Made by a program: the position numbers and the translations under genes. A stretch of DNA of 64,000 bases from assembly GCA_040776945.1 (NCBI GenBank), contig JAXGZN010000001.1, positions 992,001-1,056,000 of the forward strand, read 5' to 3'. The notes below the pieces were generated by a model, which saw only the letters and a list, made by a program, of their open reading frames with translations, was not told the origin of the DNA and made no database searches. Positions 1-8,954 of the stretch are shown here, in pieces (position 1 is the first letter of the stretch; each line of letters begins with the position of its first letter). Source of the DNA: Methanomassiliicoccaceae archaeon. GTDB lineage: Archaea > Thermoplasmatota > Thermoplasmata > Methanomassiliicoccales > Methanomassiliicoccaceae.

Positions 1-342
1 CGCGTGGGCCACGGTGACCGCACCAACCGCAACCGGGTCATCAGGTCCATCTGGAACTCGGTGGACGATGTCGAGGTGGTGGATGAGACCTCCACAACGA
101 GGAGGACAGAGGAGCCGGACGCTGACGCCGCTGTTTCCATCGCTCTAGGCAGCGGCTACCGCCTGCCTTTCCCGCCCGAGGTCAGGCCGACGCCGGGCGA
201 GGTCCGGGACATTCAGCGGCTGAGCCGCATCGAGAGCGGCGGCCGCGTCACGATATCCTCGGAACTGGCCGAGTCGGTTGCCAAGGGAGAGATCAGTCTC
301 CCTGAGGCGCTGCGGGCCCAGGACAGAAGGTCCTCTCAATGA
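1..342 (+). CDS. Conserved archaeal hypothetical protein, C-terminal part (5' truncated by window); possible RNase H/YqgF-like fold
   Basis: Frame is open from the window start; VDETSTT and DADAAVSIAL resemble YqgF/RuvX acidic motifs; coding-like codon usage. Confidence 0.55.
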   Translation, partial: RVGHGDRTNRNRVIRSIWNSVDDVEVVDETSTTRRTEEPDADAAVSIALGSGYRLPFPPEVRPTPGEVRDIQRLSRIESGGRVTISSELAESVAKGEISLPEALRAQDRRSSQ

Positions 343-1870
343 CCGTGGTGCGGGATATGTACGGCAGCTTCTGCAGTATCATGCCCTCGACGGTCACCGG
401 GTTGAACTTCCTCGAGAGCTCGATCGCCTGGTCCAGCTTGGCCTGGCTGTCAGCATGGATGGTCAGCACCGCCTCCCCGTCGTCCACACGGTTGCCCCGC
501 TTCTTGTGAAGCAAGATGCCCGCACCCTTGTCCTTGGGCGCGCCGGCGGCGCGGGCCAGAGCTACGAGCTCCTTGTTCCGGATGCTGTTCACGTACCCGC
601 ACATCTTGGCGTTGATGTCGTAGGTGTACTCTCCCACCTTGATGTCCGTGGACCTGATCTCCGGGTTCCCTCCCTGCGCGGCCACGATCTCGCGGAACTT
701 GTCCAGCGCCCTGCCGGACATGAGTATCTCGCGCGCTCTTGCGTCCCCCCTCTTGATGCCCCCCATCTCCAGCAGCATCCCGGCCATGCCGCAGGCCTTC
801 TCAATGACGCTGCTGGGGTGCAGCTCGCCCTCCAGGATCCGTATGGCCTCGCGGGCTTCCAGCGCAGGCCCTATGGCCCGGCCGACCGGCTGCTCCCCGT
901 AGGTGATGGCGCATTCCACATGGATGCCGAGGCGCTCGCCCAGGTCCACAAAGTCCTTGGCGTACGCCTGGGCCTTCTCCATGTTGGGCACCTTGGTCCC
1001 GGCGCCGACGGGAATATCGATCGCGAGGAACTCGGCGCCGACCGCCTTCTTCTTGCTCATGACCGAGGCGAGAAGCTGAGCGTGGGGGTCGATCCCCAGC
1101 GGGTACTCCACCCTGATGATCAGATCGTCCGCCGGGGCAAGGTTGACCGAGCCGCCCCAAGCCAGCGCTCCGCCGGTGGTCTCGGCGATGTTGCGCAGCT
1201 TATTGGCGTCGAAGTCCACGCCGGTGAACACCTCCACGATGTCCGAGGTGCCGGCCGCGGAGCTGATGGCCCGCGATGAGGTCTTGGGGATGAGCAGCCC
1301 GGCAGCGGCGACTATCGGCACCACGATCAACGTGATCTTGTTCCCTGGACAACCGCCGATGGAGTGAAAGTCGAACACCGGGGAACGGTCGAACTTGATG
1401 GTCTCGCCCGTTTCCACCATAGCCTGGGTCAGGTCGGCGGTCTCCCGTAGGTTCATTCCATTGATGTGGAGCGAGGTGACGTACGCGGTCAGCTCTATGT
1501 TGCTCAGGTTGTGCGCCGCGATGTCGTTGATGATCGTGCGTATCTCCTCGGTCGTTAGCTCCTTCCCGTTCATCTTCTTCTTTATGAACTCGATAGAATC
1601 GGGCTTGGAGGTCGCCACCACCTCGATCAGCTCGTCCGGCTCCGGCCCGAGGTCCGCATACCCGCGCCCCAGAATGCCGACCTCGCCCTTTTCCACCACG
1701 GTAACGGTGGTCTGCACCACCGCCACGATCGAGCTTCTCTCGTGCTTGATCCTGATCCTGTCCTGCTCCCTGACCCCGATCTCCAGCGCGTCCTCGCGGT
1801 TCAGCACCGCGGTGTACTCCGCCGATTCCATATCGATGTACTTGGCCTTCAGCTGCATGTCTATCCCCAC
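293..1870 (-). CDS. deoA: AMP phosphorylase (thymidine phosphorylase/DeoA family)
   Basis: DFHSIGGCPGNK, PKTSSRAISSAAGTSD, ASVMSKKKA and PVGRAIGPALEA motifs; last gene of the R15P isomerase-RuBisCO operon; start may be ATG at 1858. Confidence 0.93.
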   Translation of the reverse strand: MGIDMQLKAKYIDMESAEYTAVLNREDALEIGVREQDRIRIKHERSSIVAVVQTTVTVVEKGEVGILGRGYADLGPEPDELIEVVATSKPDSIEFIKKKMNGKELTTEEIRTIINDIAAHNLSNIELTAYVTSLHINGMNLRETADLTQAMVETGETIKFDRSPVFDFHSIGGCPGNKITLIVVPIVAAAGLLIPKTSSRAISSAAGTSDIVEVFTGVDFDANKLRNIAETTGGALAWGGSVNLAPADDLIIRVEYPLGIDPHAQLLASVMSKKKAVGAEFLAIDIPVGAGTKVPNMEKAQAYAKDFVDLGERLGIHVECAITYGEQPVGRAIGPALEAREAIRILEGELHPSSVIEKACGMAGMLLEMGGIKRGDARAREILMSGRALDKFREIVAAQGGNPEIRSTDIKVGEYTYDINAKMCGYVNSIRNKELVALARAAGAPKDKGAGILLHKKRGNRVDDGEAVLTIHADSQAKLDQAIELSRKFNPVTVEGMILQKLPYISRTTVIERTFCPGPAAPQGD

Positions 1871-3105
1871 TTGGCGATCGCTTCCCGGAGCTCCTTATGG
1901 GTCTGGGCATACTCCGAGAAAGGTATGCCCTCAAAGGCCGCATCCACGGCCTGTACCATGGCCAGGGCTCCGCCGCGCACTCCTCTCGGATGCCCGGCCA
2001 CGCCACCGCCGGCCTGGATCTGGATGTTCGTCCCCGTTATCTTGACCAAGGGCTCAATGAGCGCCGGATGCATGCCTCCGGAGGCCACAGGCATCACCGG
2101 CTTGTACGGCATCTTCGGATCGATGCAGGCGTCCTGATTGGCCAGGTCCTCCTTCGGGCTCCCTTTCATCTTGCCGACGCCGAACGTTCCGACGTGCAGG
2201 GCATCCCCGCCGCACATGCGGACCAGTTTAGAGAAGACCCTCATGGACACCCCATGGTCCTTGTTGCGGGTTATAGCGCCGTGCATGGTGCGGTGAACAT
2301 GGATGGGCAGTTTTATCGAGGGGTCCTCGGCGAGAGCCTGCACCGCAGCGAACCCGCAGGTGATGACATCGACCATCAGTTCCGACGCGCCTAGCTCCTG
2401 GGCGCGCTCTCCTACCTCAACGATCCGCTCGCCGTTGGTAGAGACATTGATCGCGTGCATCATTATGTGGCCGGTCTCCTGCTTCACCCGGTCGATGGCC
2501 TCCGCGATGGCGACCACGCGGTCCTCCAGAGGGCAGAACCTCTGGTTGGACAACGTCTCATCGTCCTTGCTGTTGGTCAGCCCGCCCATACCGCTCTCGT
2601 AGATGTAGTCCGCATATCCCGACGGGGGCAGACCGATCTTAGGTTTTACTATTGTCCCCACCAGAGGCTTGGCCGGTCGCTTCAGGGCCTCTCTCATGCC
2701 AGGTATGCCGAACTTGGGGCCTTTGAACTCGCGGAGCATGCTCTTTGGGAAGTCCACGTCCTCGAGCCTGACGCCCTTCAGTCCCTCCAGGCCGAACAGG
2801 TTGCCGGCTATGACGCTAAGGATCTGGGGCACTCCACCGATGTCTAGGCTGAAGTCCTCTTCCGGGTAGGCGATGGTGGCAACATCGCCCTCGATGGCCG
2901 TGACCCGTCCGTGGTATCTCTCGAAGATATCATCGTTTAGCGTCGATACCCCGGTCCACGTGCCGGTCGACTGCTCGGTCGCGATGGCGGCGGCTGCCTG
3001 CTTCATGTCCAGGTCGGTCACGATCTTGTACTTGCAGATGACATAGGCTTCGGGGTCCACCGGCTCCCCCAGATGCAGATACTTATCGGAATACTCCATG
3101 CTCAT
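1861..3105 (-). CDS. rbcL: Ribulose-1,5-bisphosphate carboxylase large subunit, archaeal form III-type
   Basis: EQSTGTW, GTIVKPKIG, KDDE, HVHRTMHG, LHVGT-GKM, ASGG and QAGGG active-site motifs. Confidence 0.92.
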   Translation of the reverse strand: MSMEYSDKYLHLGEPVDPEAYVICKYKIVTDLDMKQAAAAIATEQSTGTWTGVSTLNDDIFERYHGRVTAIEGDVATIAYPEEDFSLDIGGVPQILSVIAGNLFGLEGLKGVRLEDVDFPKSMLREFKGPKFGIPGMREALKRPAKPLVGTIVKPKIGLPPSGYADYIYESGMGGLTNSKDDETLSNQRFCPLEDRVVAIAEAIDRVKQETGHIMMHAINVSTNGERIVEVGERAQELGASELMVDVITCGFAAVQALAEDPSIKLPIHVHRTMHGAITRNKDHGVSMRVFSKLVRMCGGDALHVGTFGVGKMKGSPKEDLANQDACIDPKMPYKPVMPVASGGMHPALIEPLVKITGTNIQIQAGGGVAGHPRGVRGGALAMVQAVDAAFEGIPFSEYAQTHKELREAIAKWG

Positions 3106-4034
3106 TCCTCGTTTGCCTCGAATATGGACTCCTGTCCCAGCTCTTTAACTATGACCTCGTAGGCGGCGTACGGTGATATCAGGCCGATCTCCGTGACGAT
3201 GGAATCGATGTACTCCGCTGGGGTGGCATCGAACACTGGGTTCTTGACCATGACCTTCGGAGGGAGAAGCCGGGGATCTATGATCTCGCTCGCATCCCGC
3301 TCCTCGATCTCCACCATCTCGCCGTGCACCGTCTTTGGAGAGAACTTGTATGTCTCGGCGCACACGATGAACGGAACGCGGGCCTCGTCGGCGGCGAGCG
3401 CCACCTGCGAGGTACCTATCTTATTGATCAGCGCGCCGTTAGAGCAGATGGTGTCCGCCCCGACCAGGACGACATCGATCTCCTTCATGATCCACCGGAC
3501 CGCGCTGTCGATGATGAGCGTCGTCGGCACACCGGCGGCCGCCAGGTCCTTCACGGTCAGCAGCCCCTGCCTCCAGGGCCGGGACTCCGTCGCGTACACC
3601 TTGATGTCCTTCCCGTCCGCATGCGCCGTCTTGATGACCCCGAGCGCAGCCTTGCTGTTGCAATGGGTAAGGACGGTCATCCCGCTCCTTAGCCTCTTGG
3701 ACCCAATGCGGCCGATCATGCCCACTGCCTTGCTGGACCTCTCCACGAAGGAATCGGCGTTGGTGGCGACCAAGGAACGGAGCTCGTCCGCGCTCTCCGC
3801 GGAGGAAGAACCGCGCATGGTGGCCTGCACCGCGTTCCACAGAGATATGGCGGTCGGCCGGGAGGCTATCAGCTGCCTCCGCCCATCATCAAGTCTCCGA
3901 CGGAGCTCCCCGAGGTCGTCCCCCTTATAGTCTAAGGCTTGCTGCTTCAGCGCCTCCGCGGCGCTCCGGGCGATCAGCCCCGCCCCTCTGATCTCCATGC
4001 TCTTGATGGAGCTTGCAACCTCGATGAGACCCAT
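3102..4034 (-). CDS. Ribose-1,5-bisphosphate isomerase (eIF-2B family)
   Basis: MEIRGA, SRPTA, THCNS, TESRP, VGAD, NKIGT and NPVFDATP motifs; operon context. Confidence 0.92.
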   Translation of the reverse strand: MGLIEVASSIKSMEIRGAGLIARSAAEALKQQALDYKGDDLGELRRRLDDGRRQLIASRPTAISLWNAVQATMRGSSSAESADELRSLVATNADSFVERSSKAVGMIGRIGSKRLRSGMTVLTHCNSKAALGVIKTAHADGKDIKVYATESRPWRQGLLTVKDLAAAGVPTTLIIDSAVRWIMKEIDVVLVGADTICSNGALINKIGTSQVALAADEARVPFIVCAETYKFSPKTVHGEMVEIEERDASEIIDPRLLPPKVMVKNPVFDATPAEYIDSIVTEIGLISPYAAYEVIVKELGQESIFEANEE

Positions 4035-4075
4035 GTGATCCTCGACCAGCTAGAACAGGTGATGTAAGATATAAC

Positions 4076-5794
4076 CTAGGCGCTCCGTTTACGGAAGATC
4101 TCTCTTACCTTCTCCACCGGCATGGTGTTGACAACGTCCTCCCGCTCCAACCACCCCCGCCTGGCGGTGTGCACCGCGAAGCGCATGTAGTCCAGCTCCT
4201 CTATCCAATGCGAATCGGTCCCAAGCACCACCTTGGCCCCCAGTTCCTTGGCCTTTCGGCATCCAATATCGTTGAGGTCCATCCGCTCCAGGGAGGCGTT
4301 GACCTCGAGGAGCGCTCCGGTGCGTGCCGCCTCCTCCAATATGCGGTCCATGTCCACCTGGTAAGGCTCTCGGCGGCCTATCAGTCTTCCCGACGGATGG
4401 CCGAGGATGTTCAGCTCCTTGCAGGAAAGCGCGGTGAGGATCCTCTCGGTCATTTCCTCCCGACCCATCTTGAGATGCGAGTGCACCGAACCAATCACAT
4501 AATCGAGCTGTTCGAGGATATCTTGGGAGTAATCGAGGGAACCGTCTTCCATGATGTCCACCTCCGCCCCCCTCAGTATTGGGAACCCTAGCTCCTCGCT
4601 CAGCTGTCTCGCCTCCTCCACCGAGGCCAAGAGATCGTCTGCCTGCAGGCCGTGCGCAATGTGCAGAGAGCTCGAGTGGTCGGTGATCCCTATATATCGA
4701 TATCCCCGCCGGACGGCCTCGGCCACCACTTCCCGCATGGTCGCCTTTCCATCGCTCAGGACCGTATGGACGTGAAAGTCCCCGAGAATGTCCTCCTCCC
4801 TTACCAGCTCGGGAAGGCGCTGCCTTTCGGCCGCGTCTATCTCGCCTCGGTCCTCGCGAAGTTCGGGCGGTATGGGTTCGAGACCCAGGAGCCGGTATAT
4901 GTCATCCTCGTCACCACCGGCCACCATCTCTCCCGATCCTCTGCGGAAAAGTCCGTACTCGTTGAGCCTGTAGCCCTGCTGGATGGCTCGTCTTCTCATG
5001 ACCACGTTGTGCTCCTTGGAGCCGGTGAAGTACTGGAGCGCAGCCCCGTAGCTGGAGCGCGGGACCGCTCTTAGGTCAACCTGCGTGCCGTCGACCAGGC
5101 GTACGGTGGAGCGGGTCGGGCCCTTGGAGATTACTGCTGCCACCAGCTCATACGACGTGAAGAGGTCCATCGCCGCGCCGGGGTTGTCGCTGCCCACCAA
5201 CAGGTCGATGTCCCCCACGGTGTCCTTCCACCTCCGCAGGGAGCCGGCCACGCTCACCTCGTCCATTCCGCCTGAGCGCAGATGCCTGACCACCGCCTCG
5301 GCGATCGGCAGGGCATGTCCTAGCAGCATCCGGCCGGCATGGCCTTGCACCAGCTCGATCCCCCTTAGGATGTTCTCCTCCCTCTTGACGCCGAACCCCT
5401 TGAGGGACCGTATGCGGTGCCCCTCGGCAGCCTTCCTCAGGCCCTCCAGGTCGGACACTCCCAGCTCGCGGTACAGGGTGACAGCGGTCCGGGGCCCGAC
5501 ATCGGGGACCTTCATCATCTCCATAATCCCTGCGGGGAACTCTGCCCTCAGTTCCTCCAGGCTCCTCAGGCCGCCGGTCTGCACAAGCTCCTCTATCTTC
5601 CTGGCTATGGCCTTGCCCACTCCAGGGATGCTCTCCAGCTTCCCCTTGGACATGTAATCGCTCACTTCGACGTCCAGATCCTCGATGCTCTGTGCCGCCT
5701 TTCGATAGGCGTTCCGCTTGAACACGTCGCCCTTCAGGTCCATGATCTCCGCGAGCTCGAAAAGCACGCTAGCGATGTCCGAGTTCCTCATCAT
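4076..5794 (-). CDS. polX: DNA polymerase X with PHP domain
   Basis: HhH motifs (IPGVG, VPDVG), GSLRR-GDIDLL, YFTGSKEHN; PHP motifs HVHT-SDG, ITDHS, GTDSH. Confidence 0.95.
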   Translation of the reverse strand: MMRNSDIASVLFELAEIMDLKGDVFKRNAYRKAAQSIEDLDVEVSDYMSKGKLESIPGVGKAIARKIEELVQTGGLRSLEELRAEFPAGIMEMMKVPDVGPRTAVTLYRELGVSDLEGLRKAAEGHRIRSLKGFGVKREENILRGIELVQGHAGRMLLGHALPIAEAVVRHLRSGGMDEVSVAGSLRRWKDTVGDIDLLVGSDNPGAAMDLFTSYELVAAVISKGPTRSTVRLVDGTQVDLRAVPRSSYGAALQYFTGSKEHNVVMRRRAIQQGYRLNEYGLFRRGSGEMVAGGDEDDIYRLLGLEPIPPELREDRGEIDAAERQRLPELVREEDILGDFHVHTVLSDGKATMREVVAEAVRRGYRYIGITDHSSSLHIAHGLQADDLLASVEEARQLSEELGFPILRGAEVDIMEDGSLDYSQDILEQLDYVIGSVHSHLKMGREEMTERILTALSCKELNILGHPSGRLIGRREPYQVDMDRILEEAARTGALLEVNASLERMDLNDIGCRKAKELGAKVVLGTDSHWIEELDYMRFAVHTARRGWLEREDVVNTMPVEKVREIFRKRSA

Positions 5795-5876
5795 TGCACG
5801 ATGCGTCCAAATCGGAATATATGCAGTCTGCGATAATGGAGCTTATCATCCTTCTATCCGTGAAGGAGGGCCCGGC

Positions 5877-7127
5877 ATGGCAGATATGAACCCGTATGAG
5901 GTGGCGAAAGAGCAGGTAAGGAGCGTGGGCGAGGCGTTAGGCCTAAATGAAGGAATGATCAGCTTCCTGACACATCCCAAGCGGGAGCTGACGGTCAGCT
6001 TCCCGGTCAAGATGGACGACGGCTCATACCGGATGTTCACCGGCCACCGGGTCCAACACTCTGATGCCAGGGGCCCGTGCAAGGGCGGCATACGGTATCA
6101 CCCGGGGGTGACTCTGGACGAGATCCGGGCGATGGCTATGTGGATGACCTGGAAGTGCGCTACCGTGGGGATCCCCTTCGGAGGCGCCAAGGGAGGCGTG
6201 GTGTGCAACCCCAAAGAGATGTCCAAGGGAGAGGTGGAGAGGCTGACGCGGAGGTTCACCACGGAGATCGAGCCGATCATCGGACCGTACCAGGACATCC
6301 CCGCTCCTGACGTTTACACCGATTCCCAAACAATGGCCTGGATCATGGATACTTACTCCCACAAGGTCGGAAAGGTCACCCCGGCCAGCGTGACAGGGAA
6401 ACCTATCGCCCTGGGTGGATCAGAGGGCCGGAGCGAGGCGACCTCCCGGGGACTGATGTACTGCGTGCGCGAGGCCTTGAGGGCCAAGAGGCTCGAGCCA
6501 GAACGGTCCACCGTGGTGGTGCAGGGCTTCGGGAACGTGGGCGGGAACGCTGCCAGGCTGCTGCATGATGAGCTGGGCCTCAAGGTCCTAGCGGTTTCCG
6601 ACTCCTCCGGAGGGATCTACGACCCGGCAGGCCTGGACATCCACAAGGTAAAAGAGCATAAGAAGGCGACCGGCTCGGTCGAAGGCTTTCCGGGAGCCAC
6701 GAACATCACCAACCGCGATCTCCTGGAGCTGGAATGCACCGTGCTGGTGCCTGCGGCGCTGGAAGGAACGATCGACCGCAGCAATGCTGACCGGATCAAG
6801 GCGGTCATAGTGGCCGAGGGGGCCAACGGGCCGACCTTGCCGGAGGCCGACCGGACGTTGCATGAAAGGGGCACCATGGTCATCCCCGACATCCTGGCCA
6901 ATGCCGGGGGGGTGACCGCGTCGTACTTCGAGTGGGCCCAGGACCTCCAGTTCATCTTCTGGTCGGTCGACGAGGTCAACGAGCGCCTGAACCGCATCAT
7001 GACCGCGGCGTTCAGCCGTGTGCTCTCCAGGTCCGCGGAGAGGAAGGTGGACATGAGGACCGGGGCCTACCTCCTGGCCATGAAAGAGGTGGTCGATGCG
7101 GTGGAGATGCGGGGGATTTATCCTTAG
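5877..7127 (+). CDS. gdhA: Glutamate dehydrogenase
   Basis: GPCKGGIRY, GGAKGG, DIPAPD, VQGFGNVG, EGANGP, ANAGGV; GGAGG precedes ATG 5877. Confidence 0.95.
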   Translation: MADMNPYEVAKEQVRSVGEALGLNEGMISFLTHPKRELTVSFPVKMDDGSYRMFTGHRVQHSDARGPCKGGIRYHPGVTLDEIRAMAMWMTWKCATVGIPFGGAKGGVVCNPKEMSKGEVERLTRRFTTEIEPIIGPYQDIPAPDVYTDSQTMAWIMDTYSHKVGKVTPASVTGKPIALGGSEGRSEATSRGLMYCVREALRAKRLEPERSTVVVQGFGNVGGNAARLLHDELGLKVLAVSDSSGGIYDPAGLDIHKVKEHKKATGSVEGFPGATNITNRDLLELECTVLVPAALEGTIDRSNADRIKAVIVAEGANGPTLPEADRTLHERGTMVIPDILANAGGVTASYFEWAQDLQFIFWSVDEVNERLNRIMTAAFSRVLSRSAERKVDMRTGAYLLAMKEVVDAVEMRGIYP

Positions 7128-7151
7128 AACGCATCTAGGTACTCGATAGAT

Positions 7152-7790
7152 ATGATGGAAGCGGTCGTGTCACTATCGATGCCAGACAACTGGATCACCG
7201 ACATCGTGGAGATGTACCCCTCGGTGATAAGGATCATCGATACGAAGGATATGAAAGAGGGGGTCAGGGACCTGGTCCAGATCGATGTGGAGAACGAGGA
7301 GGACCTTCCCAAGGTCATCGAGCAGGTCCGCAACAATCCCAACATATTCAACGTTGACATCAGCGCCGTGGACAAGAGCCGGGCGCTGGCCGCCTTCTCC
7401 ACCAACCAGTGCGTGGCCTGCCGCCTGCTGGCAGGCACCGAGTGCTTCCTCACCGGCTCCATGACGACCGGGGACGGCCGCCTCAAGTGGACGATGCTGG
7501 TGACCAAGAAGAAGGCGCTGCAGGAACTGATCGACAATCTCGGCAAGATCAATGCTCAGCCCAAGCTCATCAAGCTCACAGAGATCAGCGACACCGATGA
7601 GCTGACCAAACGGCAGGAGCAGGTGACCAGGATGGCCTTCGAGAGAGGGTACTTCGATTTCCCCAGGAAGGTCGGCCTTAAGGAACTGGCTGCCTCGTTC
7701 AACGTGTCCACCTCCACCTTGTCGGAGATCCTCCGCAAGGGACAGCGGCGCATCATGATGCGCTATTTCAGCGAGCACCGGCAGTACTGA
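7152..7790 (+). CDS. Bat-like (HTH_10) transcriptional regulator
   Basis: C-terminal LTKRQ...AFERGYFDFPRKV-LKELA...STLSEILRKG signature. Confidence 0.88.
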   Translation: MMEAVVSLSMPDNWITDIVEMYPSVIRIIDTKDMKEGVRDLVQIDVENEEDLPKVIEQVRNNPNIFNVDISAVDKSRALAAFSTNQCVACRLLAGTECFLTGSMTTGDGRLKWTMLVTKKKALQELIDNLGKINAQPKLIKLTEISDTDELTKRQEQVTRMAFERGYFDFPRKVGLKELAASFNVSTSTLSEILRKGQRRIMMRYFSEHRQY

Positions 7791-7811
7791 TCCTCTCGCC
7801 GGAGGGTCGAG

Positions 7812-8081
7812 ATGATCGGCGACAATATCATCTTCATCGGCCGGAAGGACACCATGGACTATGTCACGGCGGTGGTCACCCAGTTCCGGAGCGGCTCGAA
7901 AGAGGTGGTCATCAAGGCCCGGGGGAAGGCCATCAGCAAAGCTGTGGACGTGGCGGAGATCGTGCGCAACCGCTTCATCCGCGATGCGACGGTCAAGGAA
8001 GTCCGCATCGGCACCGAGCATATCGCAGCCGCGGACGGCGAGACCAACGTCTCGTCCATCGAGGTCGTTCTGGAAAGATGA
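7812..8081 (+). CDS. albA: Chromatin protein Alba
   Basis: IFIGRK-MDYV, IKARGKAISKAVDVAE, NVSSIEVVL. Confidence 0.95.
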   Translation: MIGDNIIFIGRKDTMDYVTAVVTQFRSGSKEVVIKARGKAISKAVDVAEIVRNRFIRDATVKEVRIGTEHIAAADGETNVSSIEVVLER

Positions 8082-8088
8082 GGGCCCT

Positions 8089-8793
8089 TCACAACGTGCC
8101 GCTGGTGATGCACTTCAGGTTGCTGATGATCCGGTCCTCCAGGGCCGGAGGGTAGACCGAGAGGAGAAGTATGCCCTTCATGGTGACAGCCAGGTCGGAG
8201 AGCGTCTGCAGGAACTTCAGCACCCCGACCTGGTCGTTCTGCACGATGAGGTACTCGACGCCCTCCAAGAGGACGACGCGCCCCTCCTCTTCCTTCATGA
8301 AGCTCCGGGTCTCGGACACGATGCGTCCCATGTCCGAGGGGGACAGGACCGCGAATTTCCCGTATTGGCCGCTCTCATGCTTTGTCAGCCATACTGCGGT
8401 CACGCTTTCGTTGAGGCCGTCCCAATAGTTGCCGGGGAAGCTCCTCAATATGCACAGCGCCTTCGTGCCGTCGGCCGTGAGCTGGTTCACTGCCGTTAGC
8501 GCTTTGGTGGGGTACATGCTCTCTATGAGATAGGTGTTGCCCAGCTCCACGTTCACCTTGGGTGCCTTGGCCTGAGACTTCGTAAGGAGGTCGATCCCCG
8601 TCTCGGCCCTGATGCCTGTCTTGATGTCGCGCACCGAGTCACCTATGGATTGGCGCTTGCTCTTTGCCATGACCTGGATCTCCCGAGGACTAAAACCTTT
8701 GGTGGTCAACCCTATGAGCTCGTCCCAGGCCTTGTTCAGGCCCTCCTCATAGCCTTTGACGTAACCCCTATAGAAGTCCTCCCGCGCTGACAA
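8089..8793 (-). CDS. DUF835-domain protein (inactivated KaiC-like domain)
   Basis: LCILR, VWLT and VVLLEGVEYLIVQN-LKFL-LSD pattern. Confidence 0.8.
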   Translation of the reverse strand: MSAREDFYRGYVKGYEEGLNKAWDELIGLTTKGFSPREIQVMAKSKRQSIGDSVRDIKTGIRAETGIDLLTKSQAKAPKVNVELGNTYLIESMYPTKALTAVNQLTADGTKALCILRSFPGNYWDGLNESVTAVWLTKHESGQYGKFAVLSPSDMGRIVSETRSFMKEEEGRVVLLEGVEYLIVQNDQVGVLKFLQTLSDLAVTMKGILLLSVYPPALEDRIISNLKCITSGTL

Positions 8794-8954
8794 TGCATCC
8801 CGCGCGCAATAATTGCTTCGCGGATAAATATCTTCGTCCGAGAATATCCGTCCTAGAAGTATCGCCCCACGGGGCCGCCCATCCGCCGGGAGGCAGGCGG
8901 GGTCCCGGGGATGGAAGGGACCCCTAAGCCTTAAGAGCGGTGGTGCTGTAGGGT

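Noticed and set aside
293-342. About 50-bp convergent overlaps (also 46738-46790) as frameshifts
   Set aside because: Both partners appear complete, and such 3' overlaps are common in compact archaeal genomes
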